This document shows, piece after piece, positions 1-11,229 of a stretch of 64,000 nucleotides of DNA. Below the pieces are notes generated by a model. It was not told where the DNA came from, made no database searches, and worked only from the letters and a program-made list of their open reading frames with translations. Position 1 is the first letter of the stretch, and each line of letters opens with the position of its first letter. The DNA is from a virus, in the IMG/VR virus record IMGVR_UViG_3300022752_000001, positions 1 to 64,000 of that record; one strand, 5' to 3'. The translations under genes were made by a program, and so were the position numbers.

Positions 1-5
1 TTCAT

Positions 6-1238
6 TTATAACTCCGAACTAAAGTCAATATATGTTGTGGTTGAGCTATTACTAATTACTGATTGAGAATAACCAAGTGAAGCCACTGCAGAGTTTGAAG
101 TGTAAAGCAACATTTGAGTAATTGGTGCTGGCTCATTTGCCGCTGCGTAACCATATATATTAGTTAGATTATTAGTTGTAAGTCTTAATTGGAATTGGGA
201 AGCAGGGCTTGCAGAAACAGTTGGTACACTCCTCATTGGAGCTGGGAATTTTATAAGACCTTCAAGCTGCGTTGTAAAATACATATAACCTTGGAAAAAG
301 AATTTTGTGGCTGCTGTACTGAATATTTTCCAATAATACCTCTGACACAACGCCAACTCCGTCCCATACGGCCTGCGCTCAAATTCGGTTGCGGTTGAGC
401 CTGCTTCGAGTTGAACTCCTGTGATTTCCCATGTTGCACCATTTGTCCCAACAACGCTTGTTGCGCCTGTTGCACCAAGTTTACCTCCGCCCCAAGCACC
501 AGCAGTTCCATTGAAATCAGATCCAACTCCAAGCCCAAAATAAACCCTTATGCCAATTCCGCTGTCGGTAAGCCATGTTCCGCTAGTATCACCAGAGGCA
601 GTTATGGTTTTTTGTTCCCATGTGTTTGCCGATGAAATTGTATATGTAAATGGGTATGCCCTTGCGGTTGCTGAGTTTGCAAATACTCCTCCAAATGTTC
701 CAGTAAGGCTTGACTTGACCCAAAATGACAATGTTACTGATCTTGCTCCAGACGTTCCCCATCCAAGATCAGATGAATTAAGTCCTTCAATAAACTGTCC
801 TAATAAGAAATAGTCCGATGAAACAATCGAATAAGCTGATGACGATGTAATCTTTAATGATTTATTGTTATTTCCAGCACTTTCTGGTGATGATATTGTT
901 ACTTGTTGTGCTGTAAGTTTTGAAGCCTGTGTAAGAGAAAAATTCCACCTATCTAATGTATAACTACCATTAGAAGGAGTCACACTCGCCCCAGCATTCC
1001 TCTGGTCGATCCGCATATCGCCGTTGATGATGCGGTTTCTAAAGGATTGATTATTGAGGTTGTTAACCGTAACTAAGCCGCTTGAACTAACGGAAAGAAT
1101 ATCCTGTGTAGTCGCACCACTATTCCCCCTCGCCAGCTTGATCGTGCCATCGGGTGAGGATGGGACGGAGAGGGTGAAGTTCTGCGTGGCTGTGGAGGAT
1201 TGACCGATCTGGACTGAGTTGGCTTTGATTAGGCTCAT
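6..1238 (-). CDS. tail fibre protein
   Basis: FRNRIINGDMRIDQR and QLEAGSTATEFERRPYGTELALCQRYY motifs typical of phage tail fibres; ATG at 1238 overlaps the upstream stop (ATGA). Confidence 0.8.
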   Translation of the reverse strand: MSLIKANSVQIGQSSTATQNFTLSVPSSPDGTIKLARGNSGATTQDILSVSSSGLVTVNNLNNQSFRNRIINGDMRIDQRNAGASVTPSNGSYTLDRWNFSLTQASKLTAQQVTISSPESAGNNNKSLKITSSSAYSIVSSDYFLLGQFIEGLNSSDLGWGTSGARSVTLSFWVKSSLTGTFGGVFANSATARAYPFTYTISSANTWEQKTITASGDTSGTWLTDSGIGIRVYFGLGVGSDFNGTAGAWGGGKLGATGATSVVGTNGATWEITGVQLEAGSTATEFERRPYGTELALCQRYYWKIFSTAATKFFFQGYMYFTTQLEGLIKFPAPMRSVPTVSASPASQFQLRLTTNNLTNIYGYAAANEPAPITQMLLYTSNSAVASLGYSQSVISNSSTTTYIDFSSEL

Positions 1239-1486
1239 GGTTTTTCTCCAAGGACTTGCGGCCACACGGCCTTGATCTCATCGGGCGAGTTACCAGCAAT
1301 CTCGGTTTGGGTCACATCCCGCAAAGCCTGTTTCTTGGAGGCAATCTCAGCCTGTTTTGCGGAATCGCCAGCCTCAACTGCCTTCATAAATTCGATGTCG
1401 AGCGAGGCAAGGAGGGGCTGGCGAACCCCACGCCATTTATTTTTCCAGATGGCCTTAGCCTTGTCGGGGTTGATGGTAATGCTCAT
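1235..1486 (-). CDS. tail fibre assembly chaperone-like protein
   Basis: R-x-PLLASLD...KKQALRDVT motif; located among fibre genes. Confidence 0.65.
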   Translation of the reverse strand: MSITINPDKAKAIWKNKWRGVRQPLLASLDIEFMKAVEAGDSAKQAEIASKKQALRDVTQTEIAGNSPDEIKAVWPQVLGEKP

Positions 1487-1671
1487 TCGGCGTACTCCCA
1501 AGCGTTGCGGAAGGTTCTGTCGGAAGGAACTTCGGAGGCATCCACAATCTTGTACGGACGGCCAGCGGGAACGTCCTTGACGGCAAGCTCCTCGATGGTT
1601 CCGTTCCAGTTGGGGGATGGAACAATGACGGCCACGCCGCCTTCGGTGGTTTGGTAGATAATTCGTTTCAT
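1483..1671 (-). CDS. small tail fibre assembly-associated protein
   Basis: KDVPAG..YKIVD..EVPSDRTFRNAW motif common beside fibre genes. Confidence 0.6.
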   Translation of the reverse strand: MKRIIYQTTEGGVAVIVPSPNWNGTIEELAVKDVPAGRPYKIVDASEVPSDRTFRNAWEYAE

Positions 1672-1672
1672 A

Positions 1673-2173
1673 TTATGAGCCAAAAATTATTACGCAGGCG
1701 GTTGATGGATCGGCAACATAACCAGCTCCAGAAAAATCATTTGTACATTGAAGCCTTATTGAGGATGTGGATTGCGAAAAATTTGGACCAACCCCCCATT
1801 GGTTCATATATGCGTCAAGATATGAGTCAACTCCATGAGTTGCAAAGGCGTAGTCGGAATTGCTCATGGAGGTCGAAAAGTTAATTGTATAATCACCCGT
1901 TCCATTATCCGTAATCGAGCTAACATTAAAATCATCCCGAATCGCAACTGTTCCAGTTCCATTAAAATTCACCCAAGCCTTCGCCGTGCGCTTGGCCACG
2001 TTGTCGGCTTCCGTGCCGCTGGTGGAGAGTTTCCCATAGGTGATCGCCCCATCGCTTACCTTTGCCGTGGTGACTGCGCTTGAGGCTAGATCGTCAGCCG
2101 TGACGGACGCATCAGGCAATCCACCAGCGGAGATACCTGTGATTGTTCCAGTTCCGTTGATTGAGATGGGCAT
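1673..2173 (-). CDS. short tail fibre/tip protein
   Basis: AKAWVNFNG...NVSSITDNGTGDYTINF motif of fibre C-terminal domains. Confidence 0.65.
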   Translation of the reverse strand: MPISINGTGTITGISAGGLPDASVTADDLASSAVTTAKVSDGAITYGKLSTSGTEADNVAKRTAKAWVNFNGTGTVAIRDDFNVSSITDNGTGDYTINFSTSMSNSDYAFATHGVDSYLDAYMNQWGVGPNFSQSTSSIRLQCTNDFSGAGYVADPSTACVIIFGS

Positions 2174-2174
2174 A

Positions 2175-3491
2175 TTAAACCACCGTCCAAACCCCGCCTG
2201 TCGGGATTGTTACAGTGACTCCTGTGTTCACGGCGATCGGGCCGGCCGACACTGCGTTTTTATTGCTGGTCATCGTGTAGTCTGTTGTCACGGTTTGATC
2301 ATTCTCCCAGAAAATTTTATCAGATCCACCCCCGACAGCCCCCGCGGCTATGGTGATCGCGTTGGATGTAACCGATGTCACCCGACCTTTTGCGTCTACT
2401 GTGATGGTTGGAATGGATGAAGTACTTCCGTAACTGCCAGCCGTTACTCCGGTGGAAGCCAGGGTGGCTGTTCCTGTAACATTTGCTGATCCGTCAAAAA
2501 CCCCGGAAGTGTAAGAAACATCGCCCGTAATGCCGATTGTCCGCCCGGTAGCCAGACTTGTAGCGGTTGCGGCGTTGCCGGTGCAAGAGCCTGCCGAACC
2601 AGACACGTTCCCGGTAACATTTCCCGTAACGTTTCCAGTCACATTTCCAGTTACGCCGCCTGTAGCCGTAATCGCTCCGGTGACTGCCAAGGTCCCAGAT
2701 AATGTCTGAGATGCCCCTGCTATCGTGCCGGTTAAGGTCGGAGAAGCTGACATAACTACGTTGCCTGTGCCAGTAATAGCGTTGGATACCAGGGATTTGT
2801 CGGAGCCCGTAAAAACGGCTTGAAGCGCTGTAGTCGAAGAAACGATTGGAGCAGTTGTAAAAGTGCTAGCCCCCGATACCGAAAGAGTGTTTAACGCGGT
2901 ATCTCCTCCAATTGTGACTGTTCCAGTAGGCCCGACACTAAGGCGGGCAACCCCGTTTGTCGTCAAAGCTGTTGTGTTGGCTGCAGGAAAATACACGCCT
3001 GTGTCTTCGTCCCCAAAAGTTGTAATGGATGGGGCAGAGGCTGTTCCTGCTGAAAACTTAAAAGCTCCTGATATACCTGACCCAGCCGCTTCCCACCCAG
3101 AAGCCGTCTTTACTTTCATTCCAGGCATTGAGGTCGAATAATATAAATCGCCGGTTTGAACTGCCGACCCATCCAGGCGGAGAGTTGGGTCAGTGGCGCT
3201 AGTTCCTATAAATGTTGTGTAGTACCGGTTCAGCTCGCCGAGCTTGTCATAAACGGTTTGAACCTTGGTCATGTTGTTCGAAACGTTTACGACCTGCGTA
3301 TTGCTTCCCGCCACAGTATTGATGGAAGCTATATTGGTCGCGTTTGTTAAAACGCTACTGATACTGTTTGAGACAACATCAATCGAAGAAAGGTTTCCGG
3401 CTACTACGGCGATATCCCCGCTATCAACCGTAGCAGTACCTCCAATGGCGGAATCTCCGATGACTGTTACCGGGGTGATTACTTCGCTCAT
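2175..3491 (-). CDS. tail fibre protein
   Basis: G/T/S-rich; GNVT repeats; GVTAGSYG..TVDAKGRVT; GGGSDKIFWEN C-terminus. Confidence 0.75.
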   Translation of the reverse strand: MSEVITPVTVIGDSAIGGTATVDSGDIAVVAGNLSSIDVVSNSISSVLTNATNIASINTVAGSNTQVVNVSNNMTKVQTVYDKLGELNRYYTTFIGTSATDPTLRLDGSAVQTGDLYYSTSMPGMKVKTASGWEAAGSGISGAFKFSAGTASAPSITTFGDEDTGVYFPAANTTALTTNGVARLSVGPTGTVTIGGDTALNTLSVSGASTFTTAPIVSSTTALQAVFTGSDKSLVSNAITGTGNVVMSASPTLTGTIAGASQTLSGTLAVTGAITATGGVTGNVTGNVTGNVTGNVSGSAGSCTGNAATATSLATGRTIGITGDVSYTSGVFDGSANVTGTATLASTGVTAGSYGSTSSIPTITVDAKGRVTSVTSNAITIAAGAVGGGSDKIFWENDQTVTTDYTMTSNKNAVSAGPIAVNTGVTVTIPTGGVWTVV

Positions 3492-5212
3492 ATGATCGGC
3501 ATGATCCCCCCGAGCGAGAAGTTCTGCGCCTGAACCCGAATTGAATGGTGCTCTCCGGTTTTCGATTCCCTGAGTTCATCGCGAAGAAGCATAAGTGCTT
3601 TTTGTTCGTGAATGGCGGATTGCTCGGCGTTGCTTGTGATTGTCAAAGCGGCCAGGGCCATATTAAAGATGGCGGGGTAGTTTTTAATACTCATAACGTC
3701 GCTGTCGTTGGTTTTGTAGACCGGACGTTTTTTGACTAATAGACGGACGTACGAGCTGCTGGCCCAGTTTCCGCGAACAAAATAAGCACGATACTGAACA
3801 TTGTTTACCCTGGTCTCGCCCCTGGCGACCATGCAAGGCGAAGCGGTCAGGTTGGAAGGGTTGTTGGAATCAATATCCGTCTGTTGATACCCGGGACCGT
3901 TTTCCTTGAAGTCGTAAAATTCGTCGTAGACTGGGATTGGAGACCCATTGAAAGTGGCCCCAAGAATGGCCTCCACGTCGTTGGGCACGTAAACAAGACC
4001 GTCTGTCTGGTTAATTGTAAGTGTATAGGTCTTGATTGTGCCTACAAAAGTACCCATCCGCATGCACTGCTCTTCGCTTTGGTTGATGTAGCGAGTCAAC
4101 TCCGAGTCGGACAAACGCAAACCGTTGGGGGCCTCAAGAGCAAATCTGGCTTTCATATAACCAAGAGTTCCGGGGATAGCTGTCGACAAAGCCGTCGTGT
4201 AGGTTCCGTGCCGTTTAGATTCCAGCTCCACATTGAGCTCTTCTTCCAACATCTTAATAGCCTCGGCTTCAAACTTGGCGGCTTGGTCCAAGTTGAGTTG
4301 CGCGTTTTTTGATGATAGTGAAAGCGCAGTCAAAGCCAGGACAGCTAACTTAACGATCTGGTAGTTGGACACAGGAAGTGCAGCTGTATCAGAGACAATG
4401 TAGCTGTAAGTCGGAAGGGTCAGGCCATCCTTGACTCCGTAACGTAGCGAAGACAACAACAACCGTTTTTTGGTAATCAGGAGGTCTTGAGCCTTGTTGA
4501 CCAGGTCAAACAGTTTTGCGTCCTCAAGCTTGATGCCAAACTCAAGATCCAAACCAAGCTTGGCCCGAACATACCCCATTGTGCCAACGGCATGAGTAGA
4601 AAGTTTTGATTGGTAAACAAGCCGACGAGCTTCCTCGACTGTCATATCGGTCTTGTATGCCATGTGCTCTACGGCTTTGGCTTGGAGACTGGTCGCCATA
4701 TCTACTTGATTGTTTTCCTCGCGCCAGAGGGCAAGAACCATCAGCTTCAAAGCTTCGAGGTCAGAAATAATCAATTCGTCCGAATCATTTGCCACCTCGA
4801 CCATCTTTTTCTTGCCCGTAACAATTACGCTTGTGGGAACAGGGCTAACCGAAGAATCAATTCTGAATTGAATGACGTTAGCGGTTGAACCGATAGGTTC
4901 AAAGTTTAGGGGCACCAAATCGCCGTCATCATGAATAAAAACGTAAGCGTTATCACAAAGCAATACGTTGCCTGCTGCAAGGCTGGCATTATTGTTTTTA
5001 GCCACACGAACAATCGACTCCAACTGAGAGGGCAAAGTAAACACACCGGAGGTAACATCAACCTTGTACTTGGCAACCGCCCCCACCCACGCACGGATTG
5101 CGTGAAGTCGGCGCTGAGCCTGGTTGACGCGTTGAACCACCCGAGCGTCCGTTGAAGGAACGCCGTTGTCGACGACGCGCGCGATTTCAGATTTGATTTC
5201 GCCAAATGTCAT
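3488..5212 (-). CDS. head-tail adaptor/tail tubular protein A-like with three internal repeats
   Basis: MTFGEIK..VNQAQRRL-type N-terminal helix repeated three times; position in tail module. Confidence 0.5.
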   Translation of the reverse strand: MTFGEIKSEIARVVDNGVPSTDARVVQRVNQAQRRLHAIRAWVGAVAKYKVDVTSGVFTLPSQLESIVRVAKNNNASLAAGNVLLCDNAYVFIHDDGDLVPLNFEPIGSTANVIQFRIDSSVSPVPTSVIVTGKKKMVEVANDSDELIISDLEALKLMVLALWREENNQVDMATSLQAKAVEHMAYKTDMTVEEARRLVYQSKLSTHAVGTMGYVRAKLGLDLEFGIKLEDAKLFDLVNKAQDLLITKKRLLLSSLRYGVKDGLTLPTYSYIVSDTAALPVSNYQIVKLAVLALTALSLSSKNAQLNLDQAAKFEAEAIKMLEEELNVELESKRHGTYTTALSTAIPGTLGYMKARFALEAPNGLRLSDSELTRYINQSEEQCMRMGTFVGTIKTYTLTINQTDGLVYVPNDVEAILGATFNGSPIPVYDEFYDFKENGPGYQQTDIDSNNPSNLTASPCMVARGETRVNNVQYRAYFVRGNWASSSYVRLLVKKRPVYKTNDSDVMSIKNYPAIFNMALAALTITSNAEQSAIHEQKALMLLRDELRESKTGEHHSIRVQAQNFSLGGIMPII

Positions 5213-6036
5213 CAGGTAGTCGGGTAGTAAGGAATCCTTCTAACCGTCCCGTTGATTGTTACGTGAAGCCATCCAACAGCAGTAGCTGGCAGAGCGGGTC
5301 CGCCACCTGCGGAAGCTGATGTAGTCGATGTTGTGGCGGAAGGCAGAACCACGCTCCCTGCAGTTAAAGCTCCTGTCGTTGTGATATTAGCGGCGGTCAA
5401 CAAACCTGCGGAGTTGATAGAGGCCGCCGTGAGAGAAAGCGACCCGCCCGTGATTGCCCCAGTACCAACATTAATTGCAGTGGCTGAAACAGTACCGCCA
5501 GAGGAAGTAATGTTCCCGGATGCGGTAATAGCTCCGGCCGTAATGCTCAAGCTCCCGCTAGATACGGTAATCCCATCTGTTGTAGAAATACCGCCCGTGA
5601 TTGCTAGAGTTCCGCTAGTGGGGTGAATAAGAGCCGGAGTTGTAAGCGAAGTGTCTGTCTTAATCGCCCCGACAACATCAAGCTTTGTCGTTGGGGTTTC
5701 TGTACCAATTCCAACTCGACCCGCGTAGGTGCCCGTATTGTCAATCGAAAGGGCGGGGTTGATCAATCGAATGTTTCCACCCGAGACAGTAAACCCGCTG
5801 GTAAACGTGTTCTGCGCGCTGATTGAAATCCATCCTCCGTTGTAGATCTTTAGAGTTGGATTGGCCGTGGAAGAGTCCAACCAGATCTTGGACTGATCAT
5901 TTGGAGCCGTTGTGCTAAGTACAAACACGCTGGCGTCGGAAACGGGTACAGAAAGGTTTTCTGCAAACAAAGCCAGCAACTCTTGGGGAGTTGAGTACTT
6001 TGTGCCGGCTGGAAGTGTAGATGCGAGTAGAGCCAT
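5212..6036 (-). CDS. tail fibre/virion protein
   Basis: GRVGIGTETPTTKLDVVG fibre repeat; G/T/S-rich. Confidence 0.6.
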   Translation of the reverse strand: MALLASTLPAGTKYSTPQELLALFAENLSVPVSDASVFVLSTTAPNDQSKIWLDSSTANPTLKIYNGGWISISAQNTFTSGFTVSGGNIRLINPALSIDNTGTYAGRVGIGTETPTTKLDVVGAIKTDTSLTTPALIHPTSGTLAITGGISTTDGITVSSGSLSITAGAITASGNITSSGGTVSATAINVGTGAITGGSLSLTAASINSAGLLTAANITTTGALTAGSVVLPSATTSTTSASAGGGPALPATAVGWLHVTINGTVRRIPYYPTT

Positions 6037-6039
6037 AAT

Positions 6040-6735
6040 TTAACTTGTGCCTCCTAAAAGTTCGTTTCCTATAATTGTCAGGGTATTCCCCTGAGTTACG
6101 ACCGCTTTAGAAGTCGCAACATAAGCTGTTCCTGTGCCCAAATTGCCGCCATTCACCCCAACACTATTTCCCCCAACCAAGTAAGAAGAAGGCCAGGTTC
6201 CGTGTGTGTAATTGTACCGACCCTGAAAGCTATACCCAGGATCAATGCCAGCCCCACCGCCACCGTCCCCCAAGGCATTATTGTCACGATTTTGTGTTAT
6301 GGCATGCCCCCCTGATCCACCCGAACCAATTACCCCGCTATTTTGAATGGTAAGCGGGTAACTCAATAAAATGGCTGGTCCGCCTGGCTCAGAGTTGACG
6401 GCTTGCCCAGTTTGATCACAACAACCGCTGGAGCTAGCTGCACCGCCTTTTCCAGCAATAACGCCATTTGCGGGGCTATTTGTTGTGCCTCCGCTGGTGG
6501 CCGGCACAATAAGCTTAATATTTGACCCTGCGGGCCAAGACCCTGTTTGCAAAGAGTAAGTGCTTGTGGAGGTACTTCCAATGTTTCCAAGGACAGTAAA
6601 CTCTACGGTTGCTCCAGTGCCCACATAAGGATACTGAGCTTCAAACAATGTGCGTAAATTAAGGTTGTAGGAGTTGGTATCAGCGGTACCGATATTCAGC
6701 TTGAATGTCGCGCTGTCGACGATGCTAACCATCAT
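6040..6735 (-). CDS. glycine-rich virion/tail protein
   Basis: GVIAGKGG, GGPAI, GSGGSGG glycine-rich motifs; context. Confidence 0.5.
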   Translation of the reverse strand: MMVSIVDSATFKLNIGTADTNSYNLNLRTLFEAQYPYVGTGATVEFTVLGNIGSTSTSTYSLQTGSWPAGSNIKLIVPATSGGTTNSPANGVIAGKGGAASSSGCCDQTGQAVNSEPGGPAILLSYPLTIQNSGVIGSGGSGGHAITQNRDNNALGDGGGGAGIDPGYSFQGRYNYTHGTWPSSYLVGGNSVGVNGGNLGTGTAYVATSKAVVTQGNTLTIIGNELLGGTS

Positions 6736-6739
6736 GGCG

Positions 6740-7342
6740 TTAGCTCACGTACCCAAAGGATATGGTTGCGTTGGCGACAGTGCCTGAAAGATTTGAAAAA
6801 GTAGCTGTTACGCTCGTACCCGCGGCAATTACTGTTCCATTAGCCAGTGCAGGAGAAAGCGTGATTGTAGCCGACCCAGACCCGAAAGTAGTCGTCACGG
6901 CTGTATTAATTGTCATGGCATGTGTAGTTTTAAAAAGAACAACCGTTTGGGTGTTGTAGGGTTGAAAAACATTTGCGCTCACCTGTTGGCGAAGGCTGGT
7001 AGACCCAGCGGCCGTAATAAGACCCTGATCGTTTACAGTAAATGTAGGTACAGCACTATTTGAGCCATAAGAGCCAGCGGTCAACCCGGAACGGGTTTCA
7101 AGATTTTCAGGGAGAATTGTACCAAGAGCAATTTTGGCCCCGGTAATGGTGCGGGCGGCAATCTTATCAGTCGTCACCGACGAATTTGAAAGCTGCTGAG
7201 AGGACACTGAACCGCTGGATAGAATATTCCCACGAAGTTCTGAAATAGCAATTTTCTTGGTAACAGAAGAATTTACGACCGGAAACACATCCGTGCTGCT
7301 CAAAGTCCCTGAAAAAGATTGAAGGTCGGTAATCTTAGGCAT
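6740..7342 (-). CDS. tail fibre-like protein
   Basis: MPKITDL start, VTTDKIA/ITGAKIA repeats, GLTAGSYG motif; AGGAG RBS. Confidence 0.6.
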   Translation of the reverse strand: MPKITDLQSFSGTLSSTDVFPVVNSSVTKKIAISELRGNILSSGSVSSQQLSNSSVTTDKIAARTITGAKIALGTILPENLETRSGLTAGSYGSNSAVPTFTVNDQGLITAAGSTSLRQQVSANVFQPYNTQTVVLFKTTHAMTINTAVTTTFGSGSATITLSPALANGTVIAAGTSVTATFSNLSGTVANATISFGYVS

Positions 7343-7375
7343 AGCGGAATCTCCTATTCTGGGCTACTGGCTCCT

Positions 7376-7576
7376 TTATGTCAATAATGAAGTATCGCTT
7401 TGATCCGTAATAGGTTCGCCAAAAAGGGTCGATCCGCCTGACAAGGTCAAAGTACCGGGCTCAGTGAGTAGTTCTTCCGAAATTACAGAGCTACAAACCT
7501 CTGAGTAATGGAGAAATAAAGAAGTTTCTACAGCGTCAAGCTGTTGCCACTGTGTCTTATTAAGTTCGGTGCTCAT
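7376..7576 (-). CDS. hypothetical protein
   Basis: ORF coupled to the upstream gene. Confidence 0.45.
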   Translation of the reverse strand: MSTELNKTQWQQLDAVETSLFLHYSEVCSSVISEELLTEPGTLTLSGGSTLFGEPITDQSDTSLLT

Positions 7577-10500
7577 CAGATATTCCCTCCAACCTGCTCA
7601 ACCAAGGTCTGACAATGTAAAAACATCTTCTGCAAGGTCGCATTGCCCGTCCAAACAATGCGTGCTTGAAAGTCATACCCATGTGAGAACATCCTATTGG
7701 TGATAGGATCAGCTTGCTCCCGGGGATTCATCAATCGAATTTGAGGCGCAAATTGAGGTTTGAGGTTAGGGAGTGTTGTGAAGAAACCAGTTGTGTCCAC
7801 TACATCTGGCGTAGTACCAGTCTGGTTAAACCCATACGGTGTTACGGTTACGTCGTAGGAGGAATTTGGCAAAATGCTTGGGTAGGAAAGCTTGATATAA
7901 AGGTAGTTACCTGTCGGCCGGTAAAGATTAATAAATCTTGAAGCGGTTCTATCCGTAGGAAGATTTACGTTTACTGTCCTAAATGAACCATAAAAAGCTG
8001 TATAATCAGCCGTACCACTCACAAGAGCCGATACCTCTGTTGGGGTTAGGGTGGAGACAAGATAAGACACGCCGATGTAGTAAGGTGCAGATCCGGTACC
8101 GGGAGGGGTCGTGCCGGTTGTAAAATCAAGTCGAAGCCCCAAACCGCGAGTAAGACGAGTCGAGTACTTTGTGAGGTCTGTTTTGTACAAAACAGCTGAT
8201 AAACTAGCCAGGTTACTCGGCGTCAAATACGAGTTCAGTCCTGTCTTTGTAATTGCTTCTCCGCTTAAAGCCCGAACAGAAACTGAAGTTTCAGGCAACA
8301 TGTAGAAGTTATCCCAAAATATCCAGCTGGGGTACTGGTCTGGTTTGTAATAAACCTCTACATCCGTTTGGTCTCTAAGATTTGAAAACCAAAAGTCTGA
8401 TCGTATAAGTTTTTTGAGTTCAAACATTGAACGGAATGAATAGGCCGATGTTTCCAGCTCAGCCCGGATAGGTACTGATCCGGAAGATGTGCCTGTAACG
8501 GCAAGAGCAAACGTAGAAGAGTTTTCTGCCGGCAAAGCGCCAGACGCAACCGCAGAAACGTATATAAAACCAGTAGTGTTGATTGGTCCAAGGTCAACTT
8601 CAGCAGTAGTTTTTCCAGAAGCCTGAGTAGACAGGTTGACGGAAAGATTTTTTAAGAGAGGAGAGATTCTTGCGTCGGAAGTAAATGTTTCTTCTGAAAC
8701 ATCGTAATTACTCACAGCATATGAGATTGATACACCCTGAGTGCCCATGCCAAAAGAAGTCCATGTTGTGGCAGAAGACTCGTTTTCAGTGCTAAGAATA
8801 AGTTTTACACTCTGCGGCCCAAGCGCAGCTATTCTGCTAAGGTCAAACTTGGCTTTACGAGTTCCTGCGAGACTTGTGGTCTGATAAGTGCCGGACAAAA
8901 GACTGTTTGTAAAAACCAACTCACTCCCGGCAATCGGGCGATCCTCGTGAGCGGTCGAATCGATCTCCCAGACGCTGTTTAAATTACAGCTGATGCCAAG
9001 AATGAATGCTTTGTTTCTGCGTCCAAAATCACCCGCAATGACTTGAAGCATATCTATGCCTGTCCACACTCCGTCATAAGCCGCAGCCGTTTTGCCAAGA
9101 CTCCCTGTCATCGAATTAAAATCCAAACTAATCAGGGCTTTGTAGATTTTTTTGGCCTTACTATTGAGGGTTTCGGGTTGATACTCTTGAGGCAAAGCGG
9201 TCATCAACACACGACCGCGGTCTGTGTAAGCTAAGCTGACGTCCTGTAAAAGATGAATCGGTTCCTGATTGAGAATGTAATTCATTTCGGCGCTCATCGC
9301 CGTGTTTCCGTATGTCTCCATTTCAGCGGTGGCGTTCTTGTATGTACGAAGTCCGTCATTGGACCGGAAAAATAAATCCCCGTTAACCTGAGCAAAAGCA
9401 TCGGGCCCTACGGCTCCAATGTTTGTGTAAAGAACAGTCTGGAAGCCCGCCGTAGTACCCCACTGGGATCTTGGCGTAGTCACAGCAAAAGTGGCGGCCC
9501 CGAATTCGCAAAATACAAACAACTGTCCTTGTCCTGCTACAGTGTTCTGAGTGGGGACAAACTGCATTCCCGTGATTCTTCCCATAAACGAAGGCATGAG
9601 AAGGCTTCCACCCTCATTAAGATATGTGTTTTCAGTATTGAAAAGAACAGACGCTCTAGGATCAGACAACGGGTAATTGATAGCTCCGGAGCTCGTTGTT
9701 CCGGCTTTTACGTTTACATGAGACCCAACAAGATCGAGGGCCTGAATCTCAAAACGGTTTGCGTTGGCTACAAAAAGTCTCCCTTGCCCGTACGACATAA
9801 TTGACCCTGTCGGAATCTCTGAAGGATTTTCCAAAATTGCGTAAGCTTTAGCGCCAGACCCGCCGCCACCCGAGAACGTAATTGTAGGTACTGAGGTGTA
9901 ACCTGACCCAACATTGGAAACCGTGATTCGTTCAACTTGGCCGCTTGTAGCGCTAACCGCAGCAGTAGCGGTTGCCGTTGTGCCGCTTCCGCCAGGAGCT
10001 GAAATAGTTACAGTAGGAGCTGAGGTGTACCCAGAACCTCGATTTGTAACGATAACAGATACAACTGTTCCACTTCCGACACCCGTTGAAAGAGCGGGAT
10101 TGGAGGTTACATAAGCTCGTCGAATGTTTTCTCCGTCAAATATAAATGGAGCGTTAATACCGTCTTGAATAATCAAATACTTTTCAGCCTGGCAGAAATA
10201 ATGACGATTGGTTTGATGGTTCTGATCTGGCCAAGGTCTTTCAGAAGCGGAAGAATCTCTTGAAAATCTTAAAGCCAACGAAGCGTTAGTTGAGCCAACA
10301 ACATAAGCTTTTGCGTTTTTGCTGAAACCGGTTCCGCCGTCGGATACAGTGACGTAATTAAGCCCGCCGGATACAGTTGTTGCGGAAGCCGCAAAGTCAG
10401 TTCCAGTTTTTCCAAGCAGAACTCCAGCCGGCAAAGGATCTTCAATGATGACCTTGGAACTATTGGTAAGCCCGGCGCCTGCGGTAGCTTTTCCAGCTCC

Positions 10501-11199
10501 AGCAACACGCAACGTATAGTACGTGGTGTCCATGAACTTTGGTAAGTTAACGTAACCAACAGAAGGATTATAGATGGTGTAAGAGCCAACAGACGAACCG
10601 ACTGAGGAGGAAGAATTAGCCGTGTAGGTAAAAGAGGTTAAGGTCGGTGTTGAAAGGATTGTGGCGTCTGTGACGTTCAGATGCGCCTGAAGTGTGCTGG
10701 CAACTGTGACTTTATCCCCGGGGTTTAATTGATGCGGAACGCTTGTCGTAAGCGTAGCTGTTGTGCCGGTGCAAGTGATGCTGACAATTGTTTTAGGTGA
10801 AGTTGTGGTACCGGAAGTGCCGTTGATTCGGATAATCTTCTTTGTTTGCGGGTCAATCCGGTAAAGCCAACCACTTGCGGCCGCAATAATGTAGGTCTTC
10901 CCCTTTCCTGCGTCAGCCAAGTCAGAAGCCTCGTCCCGATTGGCGGGTTGAGTAAAAAGCGTAGCTCCTTGAAAATAACCACCCTGGAAAGACTCAAGCG
11001 CGTCCGGGTCTTCGGGATCGGATTGCAGATCGAGTTGAACAAAACCGGGTCTGGTTTTTACGGTGCCGCCCCGGGCTGTGACGTTCACGCCGAGGGCATA
11101 ACTTTTTTGGCTGATCATGTTTGGTTCCTTTGAGGAATCCATGCCACTTTCCAGCCCGTTAAACCCTGCTACCTGACGTCCTACATCTTTTATGGCCAT
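7576..11199 (-). CDS. tail tubular B/DNA stabilisation (nozzle)-like protein with beta-rich insertions
   Basis: [16 protein letters not shown]-terminus, [13 protein letters not shown], 1207 aa, [12 protein letters not shown] repeats; podoviral position. Confidence 0.6.
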   Translation of the reverse strand: MAIKDVGRQVAGFNGLESGMDSSKEPNMISQKSYALGVNVTARGGTVKTRPGFVQLDLQSDPEDPDALESFQGGYFQGATLFTQPANRDEASDLADAGKGKTYIIAAASGWLYRIDPQTKKIIRINGTSGTTTSPKTIVSITCTGTTATLTTSVPHQLNPGDKVTVASTLQAHLNVTDATILSTPTLTSFTYTANSSSSVGSSVGSYTIYNPSVGYVNLPKFMDTTYYTLRVAGAGKATAGAGLTNSSKVIIEDPLPAGVLLGKTGTDFAASATTVSGGLNYVTVSDGGTGFSKNAKAYVVGSTNASLALRFSRDSSASERPWPDQNHQTNRHYFCQAEKYLIIQDGINAPFIFDGENIRRAYVTSNPALSTGVGSGTVVSVIVTNRGSGYTSAPTVTISAPGGSGTTATATAAVSATSGQVERITVSNVGSGYTSVPTITFSGGGGSGAKAYAILENPSEIPTGSIMSYGQGRLFVANANRFEIQALDLVGSHVNVKAGTTSSGAINYPLSDPRASVLFNTENTYLNEGGSLLMPSFMGRITGMQFVPTQNTVAGQGQLFVFCEFGAATFAVTTPRSQWGTTAGFQTVLYTNIGAVGPDAFAQVNGDLFFRSNDGLRTYKNATAEMETYGNTAMSAEMNYILNQEPIHLLQDVSLAYTDRGRVLMTALPQEYQPETLNSKAKKIYKALISLDFNSMTGSLGKTAAAYDGVWTGIDMLQVIAGDFGRRNKAFILGISCNLNSVWEIDSTAHEDRPIAGSELVFTNSLLSGTYQTTSLAGTRKAKFDLSRIAALGPQSVKLILSTENESSATTWTSFGMGTQGVSISYAVSNYDVSEETFTSDARISPLLKNLSVNLSTQASGKTTAEVDLGPINTTGFIYVSAVASGALPAENSSTFALAVTGTSSGSVPIRAELETSAYSFRSMFELKKLIRSDFWFSNLRDQTDVEVYYKPDQYPSWIFWDNFYMLPETSVSVRALSGEAITKTGLNSYLTPSNLASLSAVLYKTDLTKYSTRLTRGLGLRLDFTTGTTPPGTGSAPYYIGVSYLVSTLTPTEVSALVSGTADYTAFYGSFRTVNVNLPTDRTASRFINLYRPTGNYLYIKLSYPSILPNSSYDVTVTPYGFNQTGTTPDVVDTTGFFTTLPNLKPQFAPQIRLMNPREQADPITNRMFSHGYDFQARIVWTGNATLQKMFLHCQTLVEQVGGNI

Positions 11200-11229
11200 A
11201 TTGTTATTTTCTCAGAAATGAAAGACGTT

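Noticed and set aside
2605-2655. 12-bp tandem repeats
   Set aside because: They encode ordinary GNVT fibre repeats with synonymous variation
6-3491. Diversity-generating retroelement or invertible fibre cassette
   Set aside because: No reverse transcriptase or invertase seen, and no template/variable repeat pair noticed in the window
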